Below, piece by piece: positions 1-9,468 of a stretch of DNA of 64,000 bases. Positions within the stretch are counted from its first letter, which is position 1. Every line of letters begins with the position of its first letter. Both the position numbers and the translations under genes were made by a program. Below the pieces are notes generated by a model that searched no databases, was not told the DNA's origin, and saw nothing but the letters and a program-made list of their open reading frames with translations. Source of the DNA: Candidatus Acidiferrales bacterium (lineage in GTDB: Bacteria > Acidobacteriota > Terriglobia > Acidiferrales > UBA7541); assembly GCA_035277685.1 (NCBI GenBank), contig DATEKA010000141.1, positions 2,280 to 66,279 on the forward strand, read 5' to 3'.

Positions 1-873
1 AAACTTCCAGCCGCGAAGCTGAGCGCGATAGGAAAGATCGGTATCCTCGGTGAGCGTGTCGTGCTGCCAGCCGCCCGCGTCGTCAATGGCAGCGCGGCGC
101 CAGATGCCGGCGGTACCGTTGAAATTGAAGAAGAGGCCGCTGCGGTAGCGCGAGGAATGCTCGATAGCGAAATGGCCATCGAGAAGGATGGCTTCGACTT
201 CAGTGAGCGGAGAGTAATTGCGATTGATGTAGCTCCAGCGCGTCTGGACCATGGCGAGCGCGGGGTCCGTGAAGTACGGAACCGAGCGGCGCAGGAAGTC
301 GGCGGGCGGGATGAAGTCGGCGTCGAAGATGGCGACGAGTTCGCCGGCGGCGGAACGCAGGCCATTGTGCAGCGCGCCAGCTTTGAATCCTTGGCGGTTG
401 GCGCGGTGGATGTACGTGATGGGCAAACCGAGATCGCGGTGGCGCTGAACGCAGTTCGAGGCGATCTCCTGCGTTTCGTCGGTCGAGTCGTCGAGAACCT
501 GAATTTCGAGGAGCTCGCGGGGGTAATCAAACTGCGCGACCGCTTCGATAAGGCGCTCGATGACGTAGCGCTCGTTGAAAATGGGGAGCTGAACGGTAAC
601 CTTCGGCCACTTGTGGATTTCGGGCGGCGGAGGGGCAGTATTCTTCCGGTTTTTGAAGAAACGGTAAACGAGCGCGTAGCGGTGCATACCATAGGCTGCC
701 AGGACGATCATTACAACGAAGTACGGCAGCATAACGGCCAAATCGAAACCATTCAGCTGGTAGAGGCCGCGGAAAGGGTTCTTCAGCGGATCCATGTTCC
801 GGCGCCAGTAATCTGCCACCGGATTCGCTGCGGGAGCGAGCCAGAGCGCGAGCGCATACACCCACGACGTCAA
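1..873 (-). CDS. Family-2 glycosyltransferase, processive beta-glycan synthase-like (partial, C-terminus runs off the window)
   Basis: My reverse translation of 873->1 is open throughout: ...WPKVTVQLPIFNERYVIERLI...VLDDSTDET...VAIFDADFIPP...HDTLTEDTDLSYRAQLRGWKF. This shows the DxD and TED motifs of CesA/CslA-like GT2 enzymes. TTG at 873 has GGAGGA 8 nt upstream, with an alternative ATG at 795. The listed + ORF 61..1005 is its antisense shadow. Confidence 0.75.
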   Translation of the reverse strand, partial: MTSWVYALALWLAPAANPVADYWRRNMDPLKNPFRGLYQLNGFDLAVMLPYFVVMIVLAAYGMHRYALVYRFFKNRKNTAPPPPEIHKWPKVTVQLPIFNERYVIERLIEAVAQFDYPRELLEIQVLDDSTDETQEIASNCVQRHRDLGLPITYIHRANRQGFKAGALHNGLRSAAGELVAIFDADFIPPADFLRRSVPYFTDPALAMVQTRWSYINRNYSPLTEVEAILLDGHFAIEHSSRYRSGLFFNFNGTAGIWRRAAIDDAGGWQHDTLTEDTDLSYRAQLRGWKF

Positions 874-1507
874 GGAAATGCTCCTCCGCTATTGCATGGA
901 ACCCGGGAGATTGACCGGCGCAAACAAGCGGACCGGGTCACTCGTCGCACACCGGAGCGCGCTCGCAGAAGCCGCGTTTTGCGGGCGCACTGGAAGCGAG
1001 CATGAGTCTGCCCGCGACAGCTCTGCTGGTGACGCGGCGCCAAGCCCAATTATCCGGGCGAAATGCTCGAGTGTCAATGAGAGCGCGTAGGCGCGCCTGG
1101 TAACTGAGTGAACGGAGGATGCCGGAAATCCAGGAGTGCTTTTGGATTTGTGGCCTCCCGTTGCGCTTCGAATGTCGAATTGCGAATTGGCAAGGAGCGG
1201 ATGCTTTGCTAAAAGGCGCTTGTGCGTCAGCGGCACAAGAAGGGTTAGCAAGTGCCGCAGTGGGGCGAATTCGCAAGGGGCCGCATTTATTGTCTTTCGT
1301 CCGGGCACAAGCTTCTTGTAGGGGCGGAGCGCGGACCAAGATGCTGTTCCCGTCCAGCACTTCGCAGTTGTGGTGACGATGCCTGGCCAATTCGCAAAAT
1401 TAAAATCGAAGAGCTAATGCAGGCCGCAAAAAAGAAAAAAACGGGAACCTGCAAGAGATCTATGTTTGCGTGGCGAAACAGGGCACGACGTACTGCTACC
1501 AAAGCAG

Positions 1508-2878
1508 CTATCGCGTCAGCCACGAGCGGGCGCGGACGGTGAAGACGGCATACGGAAAAATCCAGAACATGGTGAAGAAAGCGAAATAGCTGAAGACGAT
1601 GGCGAGGAGGAATTCGGCCGAGCGTTCGCTGCGCAAGAAATAGAGCGAATAGAAAAGGCCGACGATTCCGACGGCGAGCAGAAAACGCGGGAACATGTAG
1701 GGATGTTCCCAGGTAAGAACGCCGAGCAGGACGATGGTCGCGTAGTTCACCGGGTAGCGCAGGTTCGTGACGAAGCGGTCCCAGAGCGCCAGCGACGCGG
1801 GCAGCAGCGGGCGCTTCCAGACAATCCCCATGAAACGGATTTCCTCGCGGACGTAACTGCGATCCCAGCGCAAAAACATTTTGCACATGGTTTTGTAGTT
1901 CGTGGGGACGACGGTATGCACCACGGCGGAGCGCTGGTACACAGTGGAATAGCCGAGTGAAAGGATCCAGTTCGTAAGTGCGCGGTCTTCTCCGTAAGTG
2001 CATTCGGCGCCGAGGAAGGTCTGTTTCAGCCACGGCGCAAGCACTTCGCGGACGATGCTCGCGCGATAGGCGGTAAGAGCGCCGGGGCAGCAATAGACGG
2101 TTCCGTACGACGATTCGACGGCGCGGAGTACGTCGAAAGAAAGAATGTAGCGGACGTGCAACATGCGCGGCAGCAAACCCGCGCGGCGATTGTAGGCCCC
2201 GACTTTGCCGGCGACGGCTCCCACCTTGGGATCGCGGAACGGGCCGGCGATGGCGAGCAGGGCGGCGGGCTCGAGGGCGCTGTCGGAATCGATGGTGACG
2301 ATCACGTCGCCGCGAGCAGCTTTAAAGCCGGCGGCGAGCGCGGCGCGCTTGCCTTGATTTTTTGCGAAACGGACGGCGTGAACGAGTTCGGGCCAACGCG
2401 CGGCGGCCTGCGAAATATAGTTCCACGTGTCGTCGCGACTGCCGTCGTCAACAACGAATATTTCGAGGCGGTCGCGCGGGTAGATGGCCGCCACGACAGA
2501 TTCGATCGACTTCAGCACCATCGGCCCTTCGTTGTAGGCGGGAATGACGACTGTCAGGACCGGAGCGGCATCGAGCGTGGCCGAAGGAAACGGGTGATAG
2601 GCCATCCAGACAGCTGTGCGAAAGACGAGCAGGAGTGTCCCCATGGTGATCCAGAGCATGCTGGGGAAAATCAGAAAGCGCGCCCAATGGTGCGTCTGTG
2701 CGGCGGTCACGAGCGGACGCAGAAAGACGCCGTGAATATGCGCATGGATCAGTGCGACGATGCCGGCCAGAATGGCGACATAAACGAGCCAATACCAGGG
2801 GTCTCGAAGCGCCCTGGATACGGATGGGCTCGATTCGCCCGCAAGGATAGGCGGCAGTTCGGTTCCGGTTGAGGCCAC
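1508..2878 (-). CDS. Family-2 glycosyltransferase with integral membrane segments (NodC/HasA/PgaC-like processive synthase)
   Basis: 456-aa ORF with VIPAYNEGP, VVDDGSRDDT, TIDSDS, GEDRALT and a LRWDRS (QxxRW-like) motif. It has N- and C-terminal hydrophobic helices. Confidence 0.85.
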   Translation of the reverse strand: MASTGTELPPILAGESSPSVSRALRDPWYWLVYVAILAGIVALIHAHIHGVFLRPLVTAAQTHHWARFLIFPSMLWITMGTLLLVFRTAVWMAYHPFPSATLDAAPVLTVVIPAYNEGPMVLKSIESVVAAIYPRDRLEIFVVDDGSRDDTWNYISQAAARWPELVHAVRFAKNQGKRAALAAGFKAARGDVIVTIDSDSALEPAALLAIAGPFRDPKVGAVAGKVGAYNRRAGLLPRMLHVRYILSFDVLRAVESSYGTVYCCPGALTAYRASIVREVLAPWLKQTFLGAECTYGEDRALTNWILSLGYSTVYQRSAVVHTVVPTNYKTMCKMFLRWDRSYVREEIRFMGIVWKRPLLPASLALWDRFVTNLRYPVNYATIVLLGVLTWEHPYMFPRFLLAVGIVGLFYSLYFLRSERSAEFLLAIVFSYFAFFTMFWIFPYAVFTVRARSWLTR

Positions 2879-3138
2879 GGGTGGTCTGTCCGCTCAGGTC
2901 TCTCTGTTCAAAGTGAAATGGTGAAGCTCAATAGTAAGGTTTGGTGCGGCGGGAGGCAAATTGGTTTCCAGGAGGAAAAGGGAGGTTCGACGAATATGGC
3001 ATGGAGTTGCTGAGTGGTTCGAGATTCGGGATCGGAAGCCAGATCGTAACGCAGGGGGACTTCGGAGCGGAGAGTTGTAGGTCGAAAAGTTGAAGAGCCA
3101 AAGCGAGGCGCTCCTGCGCAGGGCACGAATTCCATTTG

Positions 3139-5754
3139 TCATTCGTGGTGGAGCGCAGTTATTGGATCGACACGCATGGCGCGGCGCGCAGGGACATAGC
3201 AGGCCACGATGGCGCACAGCACGAGCAGAAGGATTACGGCGGTATATGTCAGAGGGTCCGTCGGCGTCACGGCGTAGAGCACGCCGGCCATTAGCCTCGT
3301 AAGAGCAACGCCTCCGGCCGTACCGATCACAACCCCCACGAACACAAGTTTCATACCCTGCGCGAGAATCAGGCGAAGAATGTCGCTCGGATGCGCTCCC
3401 AGTGCAAGGCGGAGGCCGATCTCGTGCGTGCGGCGGCTCACGCTGAACGCCAGAACACCGTAGATGCCCACCGCAGCGAGCGACAGGGCCAGCGCAGCGA
3501 AAAGCGCGAGCAGAACCAGATCGAACCGCTGCGGCGCGACGGACCGGCTCAAGAGCTGATCCATCGTGGCCACCTGATAGACAGGAACGCCGCGATCGAG
3601 CGCGGCAAACTGCTCGCGCAATACGGATTCCATTCGCGACGGGTCCTGGTTCGTTCGCAGAACAACAAATGCGTACCAGAAGCCGCGCAGCAGCGAATAC
3701 ATTTCGGGCTTGGGCGCGGCATCCAGGCCCAGGCCTTTCGTGTCGCCCACGATCCCGATGATCTCGAGCGGGTTCTGCTGGTCCCGATTGAGGAGCCGCT
3801 GCCCAATAGGATCGGCGTCCGGCCAGAATTTCTTCGCCATCGATTCGTTGACGATGATTGCGTTCTGCCTTTTGGCATCTGCGGGAGTGAACTCGCGTCC
3901 GCGAAGCAAGGGGATGCCGAGGGTCCGGAAATAATCCGTGCTTACACCGCGCCAATTCGCTGCAGACGCCTTCGTCCAATCCGGAGCCGAGCGGCCGGCA
4001 ATCAGGAAGGTGCCCCAGTCCGACTCGCCGCTCAGCGGGAGAGTTGATGCCGCTGCAACAGAGCGAACTCCGGGCAGCGCTTGTAAGCGGCCGAGAAGCC
4101 GGTCGAGATACACGGAAGTTTGCTCGAGTTTCGGATAGGCGCCGCTCGGCAGCGCTATTTTCATGGTGAGCAAATGCTCTGTCTGAAAGCCGGGATTCAC
4201 GCGAATCAACCGGACAAAACTGCGCAGCATCAGTCCCGCGCCGCAGAGCAGAAGCAAAGCCACGGCCACCTCCGAAACCACGAGGCTGTTTCGTAGCCGC
4301 CGTCCGCGAAGTCCGGCGCTGCCGCTGCGCCCGCCGTCGCGAAGCGCGTTCTGGGGATTCTGCCGCGACAGTTGTAGCGCGGGGACCAGCCCAACCAGAA
4401 TGGTGGTCAGCGCGGCAATGCCGCATAGAAAGGCCAGCACTGAAACGTTGAGGCGAAACGGTTCCATTCGCGGCAAATTGATTGAAGTCAGCGAGACAAC
4501 CACATCCAGGCCCCACTTGGCGAAACCGGCGGCGAGTACAAGGCTTATGAAAACGAGGATGAAAGCTTCCGTGAGATTCTGGCGCAACAGTCGCCGCGAG
4601 CCCGCGCCAAGCGCCGCGCGAATGGCGAATTCCCTTTCACGCGCCGAAGCGCGCGCGAGCATCAGATTAACGATGTTGGTACACGCGATCAGGAGAATGA
4701 AGCCGACAGCTCCCAGCAGGACAAACAGCGAAGCTTGCACGTTCCCGACAATTTCGTCCAAAAGCGGCTGCGCGCGCGCGTGCCAATCGGCGTCAGTCGC
4801 GGGAAAGGAATCGGCGAGTCGCCCCTGGATGGTCTCAATCTGTGCTTCGGCTTGAGCGAGGGTCGTTCCGGCGCGCAATCTTCCCAGCACGTGATACGGG
4901 TGAGAAATGCGGTCCTGAAATCCCCACGCGCCGAGAGTGCTGGTCGGAACCCAGATGCCGCAGCCCTTCGGAAAATCGAATCCGGCCGGCATCACGCCGG
5001 CCAGCGTGTACTGTTCTCCGTCCAGCAGATAGGACTTTCCGATAGCATGAGCGTCGGCGCCGAAAGCTGTGTGCCACAGCGCGTCGCTGACGAGAAAAAC
5101 TTTCGCGCCGCCGGGGACCTCGTCTGCCGGCGAAAAGCCATGCCCGAGGGTGGGTCGCACGCCGAGGATGCTGAAGAAACTGTTCGTCACGGTCGAATAG
5201 CGGGCGCGCTCGGTGGAGAACGGCCCGCCGAGTACGATGTCGTTCGAGGCGTTGATCAGGAAATACGCGGCCGTTTCCTCGAATACGGTGTTCTGTTGCC
5301 GCCACACGAGGTAATCGGGGAAGGAGACGCCGCCCTGGTCAACGCCTCCGGGACGATATTCGGTGAGATCAACCAGGCGATCCGCGTTCTTGAAAGGAAG
5401 CGAGCGGAGAAGAACGTCGTGGACAATGCTGAAAATCGCAGCATTGGCGCCGATGCCAAGGGCCAGAGTGAGGACGGCGACAGCAGTGAAGCCGGGAGAT
5501 TTGCGCAGGATTCGAAGACTGTAGCGAACGTCGGCAAAGAGCGATTCGAGCCAGAAGCCACGGCGTTCTTCCCGGCAGTTGGCTTTCACGCCTTCGAGAG
5601 CACCAAGCTGGGCCTGCGCCTGGCGACGGGCTTCCGCGGGCGTCATGCCGGCGGCTATGTTAGCGGCGAGTTGACTTTCAAGATGGAAGCGCAGTTCGTC
5701 CGCCATTTCCTTCTCGAATGCGCGCTTTCGACGGAGCCGGCGATTCATGTTCAT
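3139..5754 (-). CDS. ADOP-family duplicated MacB/FtsX-type permease (no cognate ATPase nearby)
   Basis: 871-aa ORF with the conserved N-terminal FEKEMADELRFHLESQLAANIAAGMTPAEARRQA...REERRGFW. It has two FtsX-like 4-TM modules separated by large periplasmic domains and is a paralogue of the next gene. Confidence 0.9.
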   Translation of the reverse strand: MNMNRRLRRKRAFEKEMADELRFHLESQLAANIAAGMTPAEARRQAQAQLGALEGVKANCREERRGFWLESLFADVRYSLRILRKSPGFTAVAVLTLALGIGANAAIFSIVHDVLLRSLPFKNADRLVDLTEYRPGGVDQGGVSFPDYLVWRQQNTVFEETAAYFLINASNDIVLGGPFSTERARYSTVTNSFFSILGVRPTLGHGFSPADEVPGGAKVFLVSDALWHTAFGADAHAIGKSYLLDGEQYTLAGVMPAGFDFPKGCGIWVPTSTLGAWGFQDRISHPYHVLGRLRAGTTLAQAEAQIETIQGRLADSFPATDADWHARAQPLLDEIVGNVQASLFVLLGAVGFILLIACTNIVNLMLARASAREREFAIRAALGAGSRRLLRQNLTEAFILVFISLVLAAGFAKWGLDVVVSLTSINLPRMEPFRLNVSVLAFLCGIAALTTILVGLVPALQLSRQNPQNALRDGGRSGSAGLRGRRLRNSLVVSEVAVALLLLCGAGLMLRSFVRLIRVNPGFQTEHLLTMKIALPSGAYPKLEQTSVYLDRLLGRLQALPGVRSVAAASTLPLSGESDWGTFLIAGRSAPDWTKASAANWRGVSTDYFRTLGIPLLRGREFTPADAKRQNAIIVNESMAKKFWPDADPIGQRLLNRDQQNPLEIIGIVGDTKGLGLDAAPKPEMYSLLRGFWYAFVVLRTNQDPSRMESVLREQFAALDRGVPVYQVATMDQLLSRSVAPQRFDLVLLALFAALALSLAAVGIYGVLAFSVSRRTHEIGLRLALGAHPSDILRLILAQGMKLVFVGVVIGTAGGVALTRLMAGVLYAVTPTDPLTYTAVILLLVLCAIVACYVPARRAMRVDPITALHHE

Positions 5755-5807
5755 GACCCGCCAGAAATCAGAGTTGATGGTTAAGAGTTGAGAGCTAAGC
5801 CCACTGC

Positions 5808-8486
5808 TTACTCATGCCGCAACGCAGCAATCGGATCAACACGCATGGCGCGGCGCGCGGGAATCCAGCAGGCGAGCAGCGCGACCGCGGCAAGCAGAAT
5901 CGCGACGCCGGAAATTGTGACCGGGTCGGTGGCCCTCACGCCGTACAACATTGGCGGTTGCTCGTATTGAACTCCATACAAGACACCAGCCGCGACACGC
6001 GCCAGTCCCAAAGCGATCGCAATGCCGGTGGCGACTCCTGCGAGCGCCAACCTTGCTCCCTGTCCCAGAATGAGCTGCAGAACATCTTTCGCCGCCGCGC
6101 CCAACGCGACGCGAATACCGATTTCATGCGTCCGTTGTGCGACGGAGTAGGAAATCACACCATAGACGCCGATCATGGCTATGAAAAGCGCGAGCCCTGC
6201 GAACACCCCAAGGAGAACGGCGCGGAAGCGCCAGTCGGTCAAAGAAGCAGAAACGGCCTGCTCCAGTGGAGCGACCTCCGAGGGTGGATTCGCCGGGTCT
6301 AGTTTGAGCAGTGTACTGCGAATTATGCCGGCGGAAAGTGCCTTGGCATTTCCGCATCGAACGAGAAAGTATCCCCACGCGACACCGTTGCGCTCTTGAT
6401 CGGATGGTATGTACATCGTTGGCCAGGGAGCCTGCGCGAGCGATACTTCGCGAGCGCTGCCCACGATGCCCACGACTTCGCGTGCCGCGGGCTCCGCGAA
6501 CTTCGGTCCCAATCCGCGGCCAATCCAGATATGTGCGCCGAGCGCATCGCCTTTGGGCCAATAGGCGCGGGCCATCGCCTGGTCAATGATGACGACAGGC
6601 TGAGAATTCTCGTTATCGGATGCCGAAAAGGTTCTACCGCGCAAGAGAGGAACACGTACCGTATCGAAAAATCCCGGGCTGATCCAGCGAATCTCAGCGC
6701 CGAGGACTTCTTTGGGGTTGTCGCGACGGCCTTCGATGTTAATGAGCGTGTCGCTACCCTGACGCAGTGGAATCGTGTCGATCATGGATGCGCTCTCGAC
6801 GCCCGGGAGCCCCGCAAGGCGATCGATTGCTTCGTGAATGAAGGCGGAGCGCTTCACCGGTGTGCCGTACTGCTTTCCCGATAACGAAAACTGGGCGGCT
6901 GTGACATTGCCGGCGTCGAAACCGGGGTGCACACGGATCAGAGACGCAAAGCTTTCCAGGGCGAGCGCTGCACCGATCAAGAGCACCACGGAAATCGCGA
7001 TTTCGCTGATTGCGAGAGTCTTGCGGAGTTTGTCCTGCCGGCCAGAGCCGGCACGAGGTCCTGCCTCCTGAAGAGACGCATTCAAATCGACGCGAGACGC
7101 GCCGAGCGCCGGAGCAAAGCCGAAGACGACACCCGTTACAACGCTGAGAACGAGCGCAAATCCGAGCACAGTTGCATCGATCTGGTAGGCGCCGACATGC
7201 GGCATATCGATATAGGCGGGAACGAATCCGAGCATCAGGCGGAAGCTCGCGTAGCAGGCGAGGACGCCAAGGATTCCTCCCAGGAGCGACAAAAGAACGC
7301 TTTCGGTGAGAAGCTGGCGCGCAATCCGCCGCCGTCCTGCGCCGATGGCGACGCGAATGGCCATTTCGTGCTGCCGCGACGTCGAGCGCGAGAGAGTGAG
7401 ATTCGCGACGTTTGCGCAGGCGATGAGCAGCACGAGTCCGACCGCGCCGAAAAGAAAGAGCGGCGCGGGGCCGGCCCAATCTCGCAGGAAGTCCCGAAGT
7501 GAGGTCAGCTGAACCCTTTCGCCCGCCCCGAACATCTTCGGAAACTGCGTCCGCAGCAGCGCGAGCGACGGAGTTAATTTCGCCGCAGCCTCCTCGGGGC
7601 TGGCCCCCTGTTTCAACAGTCCGATCGCTAGCCTTGCGCCATTGCTTGGGTCCTGGCTCGTCGCGGGAATCTGGGCCGGGAAGAAGATCTGGGCGCCGTG
7701 GGCGCCAGGGATCGGAATATCCAAACCGCGCGGCAGAACGCCAATAATGGTGTAGCCCTCGCCATCGAGGGTGATCTCGCGGCCAAGGGTGTCCGGATCG
7801 CTCGCAAAACGGTTGCGCCACAAATCATTGCTGATTAGCACGCCCCTGGGACCGCCGATGAAGCCCTCATCCGGACGAAAATCACGCCCCATGGCCGGCT
7901 GGACTCCAAGCGCGGAAAGAAACTCGGTCGAAATCACAGTGCTGGGAATCGGCTCGGGTTGGCCCGCCCCCGCGAGAATCGCATCAGAATGCCACTGAAG
8001 CAGCGCCAGATGCTCGAACATATCAGCCCGCGATCGCCATGCCAGGAAGATCGGCATCGAGATCGACTGACCGCCGAAATTGTTGCCGACACGATGGACC
8101 AGGAAGATCCGGTTAGCGTGCGGAAAGGGAAGTGGGCGCAGAAAAACAGCGTTCACGATAGAAAAAATAGCGGTGTTGGCGCCGATACCGAGAGCAAGCG
8201 TTAGCAACGCGACGCCTGTAAACCCAGGTGATTTGCGCAGCATGCGCAGGCCGTAGCGAACGTCCGTCCAAAAGGACTCGACCCAAAAGCCGCGACGCTC
8301 TTCACGGCAATTGGCCTTCACGCCTTCAACTGTGCCGAGTTGCAGCCGCGCTTGGCGTTGCGCTTCCCGCGGCGCCATGCCTGCAGCGATGTTCGCTGCG
8401 ACTTGCCGCTCGAGATGGAAGCGCAGTTCCTCGCCCATCTCCTGCTCGAACTTGCCCTTTCGCCAAGGCTTTCGCCAGAAACTCAC
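5808..8486 (-). CDS. ADOP-family duplicated MacB/FtsX-type permease
   Basis: 892-aa ORF with the same N-terminal signature (FEQEMGEELRFHLERQVAANIAAGMAPREAQRQA...REERRGFW). GTG start at 8486 is preceded by GGAGGGAG. Confidence 0.9.
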   Translation of the reverse strand: MSFWRKPWRKGKFEQEMGEELRFHLERQVAANIAAGMAPREAQRQARLQLGTVEGVKANCREERRGFWVESFWTDVRYGLRMLRKSPGFTGVALLTLALGIGANTAIFSIVNAVFLRPLPFPHANRIFLVHRVGNNFGGQSISMPIFLAWRSRADMFEHLALLQWHSDAILAGAGQPEPIPSTVISTEFLSALGVQPAMGRDFRPDEGFIGGPRGVLISNDLWRNRFASDPDTLGREITLDGEGYTIIGVLPRGLDIPIPGAHGAQIFFPAQIPATSQDPSNGARLAIGLLKQGASPEEAAAKLTPSLALLRTQFPKMFGAGERVQLTSLRDFLRDWAGPAPLFLFGAVGLVLLIACANVANLTLSRSTSRQHEMAIRVAIGAGRRRIARQLLTESVLLSLLGGILGVLACYASFRLMLGFVPAYIDMPHVGAYQIDATVLGFALVLSVVTGVVFGFAPALGASRVDLNASLQEAGPRAGSGRQDKLRKTLAISEIAISVVLLIGAALALESFASLIRVHPGFDAGNVTAAQFSLSGKQYGTPVKRSAFIHEAIDRLAGLPGVESASMIDTIPLRQGSDTLINIEGRRDNPKEVLGAEIRWISPGFFDTVRVPLLRGRTFSASDNENSQPVVIIDQAMARAYWPKGDALGAHIWIGRGLGPKFAEPAAREVVGIVGSAREVSLAQAPWPTMYIPSDQERNGVAWGYFLVRCGNAKALSAGIIRSTLLKLDPANPPSEVAPLEQAVSASLTDWRFRAVLLGVFAGLALFIAMIGVYGVISYSVAQRTHEIGIRVALGAAAKDVLQLILGQGARLALAGVATGIAIALGLARVAAGVLYGVQYEQPPMLYGVRATDPVTISGVAILLAAVALLACWIPARRAMRVDPIAALRHE

Positions 8487-8684
8487 GACTACTCCCTCCA
8501 GCCGACCTTATAGAGCGCCTCTACAGACGGCTTCTAGTCGCAAATGGTTGCGAGTAGAAATCGCGCTAACCTCATGAAAACAAAAGCTCCACGAATTTCT
8601 AGCCGCCAAAAGATCCGTGAATTTACCTTCGCTTTTTCTTCGCAAATTCCTGCATTTAGTGAACTTGACACCCGGCTCAACTCG

Positions 8685-9014
8685 TTACGCGCGCTGCAAA
8701 ATCAGAGCGACGGCTGACGACAGGCGCTCCCATTCGGCTTGCTCCTTTTCGAGTTGTTCACGCCCGGCTTTTGTCAGCGAATAGTATTTCGCGCGCCGGT
8801 TGTTCTCCGAAGCGCCCCACTCGGCCTGGATCAGTCCTTTTCTCTCAAGCCGGTATAAAGCCGGGTAAAGAGAGCCTTGCTGCACCTGAAGGACTTCTTT
8901 CGAGACCTGCTGAATGCGCTGGGCGATGCCCCAACCGTGCATCGGCTCAAGCGCGACGGTCTTCAAAATGAGCAGGTCCAGCGTTCCCTGCAAAATTTCA
9001 GCGGATGGCGGCAT
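8685..9014 (-). CDS. PadR-family transcriptional regulator
   Basis: 109 aa with [25 protein letters not shown]...[20 protein letters not shown]...[16 protein letters not shown], the canonical PadR winged helix. It lies directly upstream of the ADOP permeases on the same strand. Confidence 0.92.
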   Translation of the reverse strand: MPPSAEILQGTLDLLILKTVALEPMHGWGIAQRIQQVSKEVLQVQQGSLYPALYRLERKGLIQAEWGASENNRRAKYYSLTKAGREQLEKEQAEWERLSSAVALILQRA

Positions 9015-9047
9015 TTGTTCCCCTAGACACTCGACAAGTCGAAGGGG

Positions 9048-9076
9048 ATAGTCGCGCCGTTCTTGTAGAATGTCAA
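9048..9076 (-). promoter_or_regulatory. Candidate sigma-70 promoter of the PadR-ADOP operon, with a TCGACAAGTCGA dyad downstream
   Basis: Minus strand reads TTGACA (9076-9071), 17 nt, GACTAT (9053-9048). A TCGAC-AA-GTCGA palindrome at 9030-9041 lies between the -10 and the ATG. This is a motif match only. Confidence 0.3.
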
Positions 9077-9468
9077 GGGGAAAGTGAAGGATGCAAAACT
9101 AGCCCTGCAAACCGGTCGCATTGACCGCTCCTGCGAGGGACTCGGCAGTACGATTCTGCTCCAAGCGTCACTGCCGGCTTCGGTTAGCTAGTACTAATGC
9201 CAGGGTACCCACAGATTGAAACGTTCGAGCTATTTTCGCCTTCCAAGGCTCCCTTCAGGATGGCTGCACGGGTTGGAAGCGGCGATGCGGGGACGACGGC
9301 TCCGAGAGGAGTCGGGCACGCTACCCAACCCGTCCAAGCCTGCCGCCTTCCCCTTCCCCCAGCCCTGGTCAAGGCCGGCAGGCCGTTTGCCCGTCAAACT
9401 TTCCCCCGACGATTCCACCGAGTCGCGCACAACGGGTTCCAAGCTTCCCGTCTTCCGGCTAGCTGCGT

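Noticed and set aside
61-1005. 314-aa plus-strand ORF (MLPAARVVNGSAAPDAGG...)
   Set aside because: It is Ala/Arg/Glu/Val-rich with no motifs and lies exactly antisense to a well-supported GT2 glycosyltransferase frame (873->1). It is an antisense shadow ORF typical of high-GC DNA.
2894-4516. 540-aa minus-strand ORF, plus other long alternative-frame ORFs inside the ADOP genes (e.g. 4735..5784 +, 6754..7821 -)
   Set aside because: They are Arg/Ala/Pro-rich with no recognisable domains. They fully overlap strongly supported permease frames.
9265-9335. Possible structured RNA between the PadR gene and the IPT/TIG gene: long-range stem ACGGGTTGG...CCAACCCGT enclosing GGCTCC-GAGA-GGAGTC
   Set aside because: It is only two short helices in GC-rich DNA. 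The strand is unknown, I recognise no match to a known riboswitch or sRNA, and it cannot be evaluated without covariation data.
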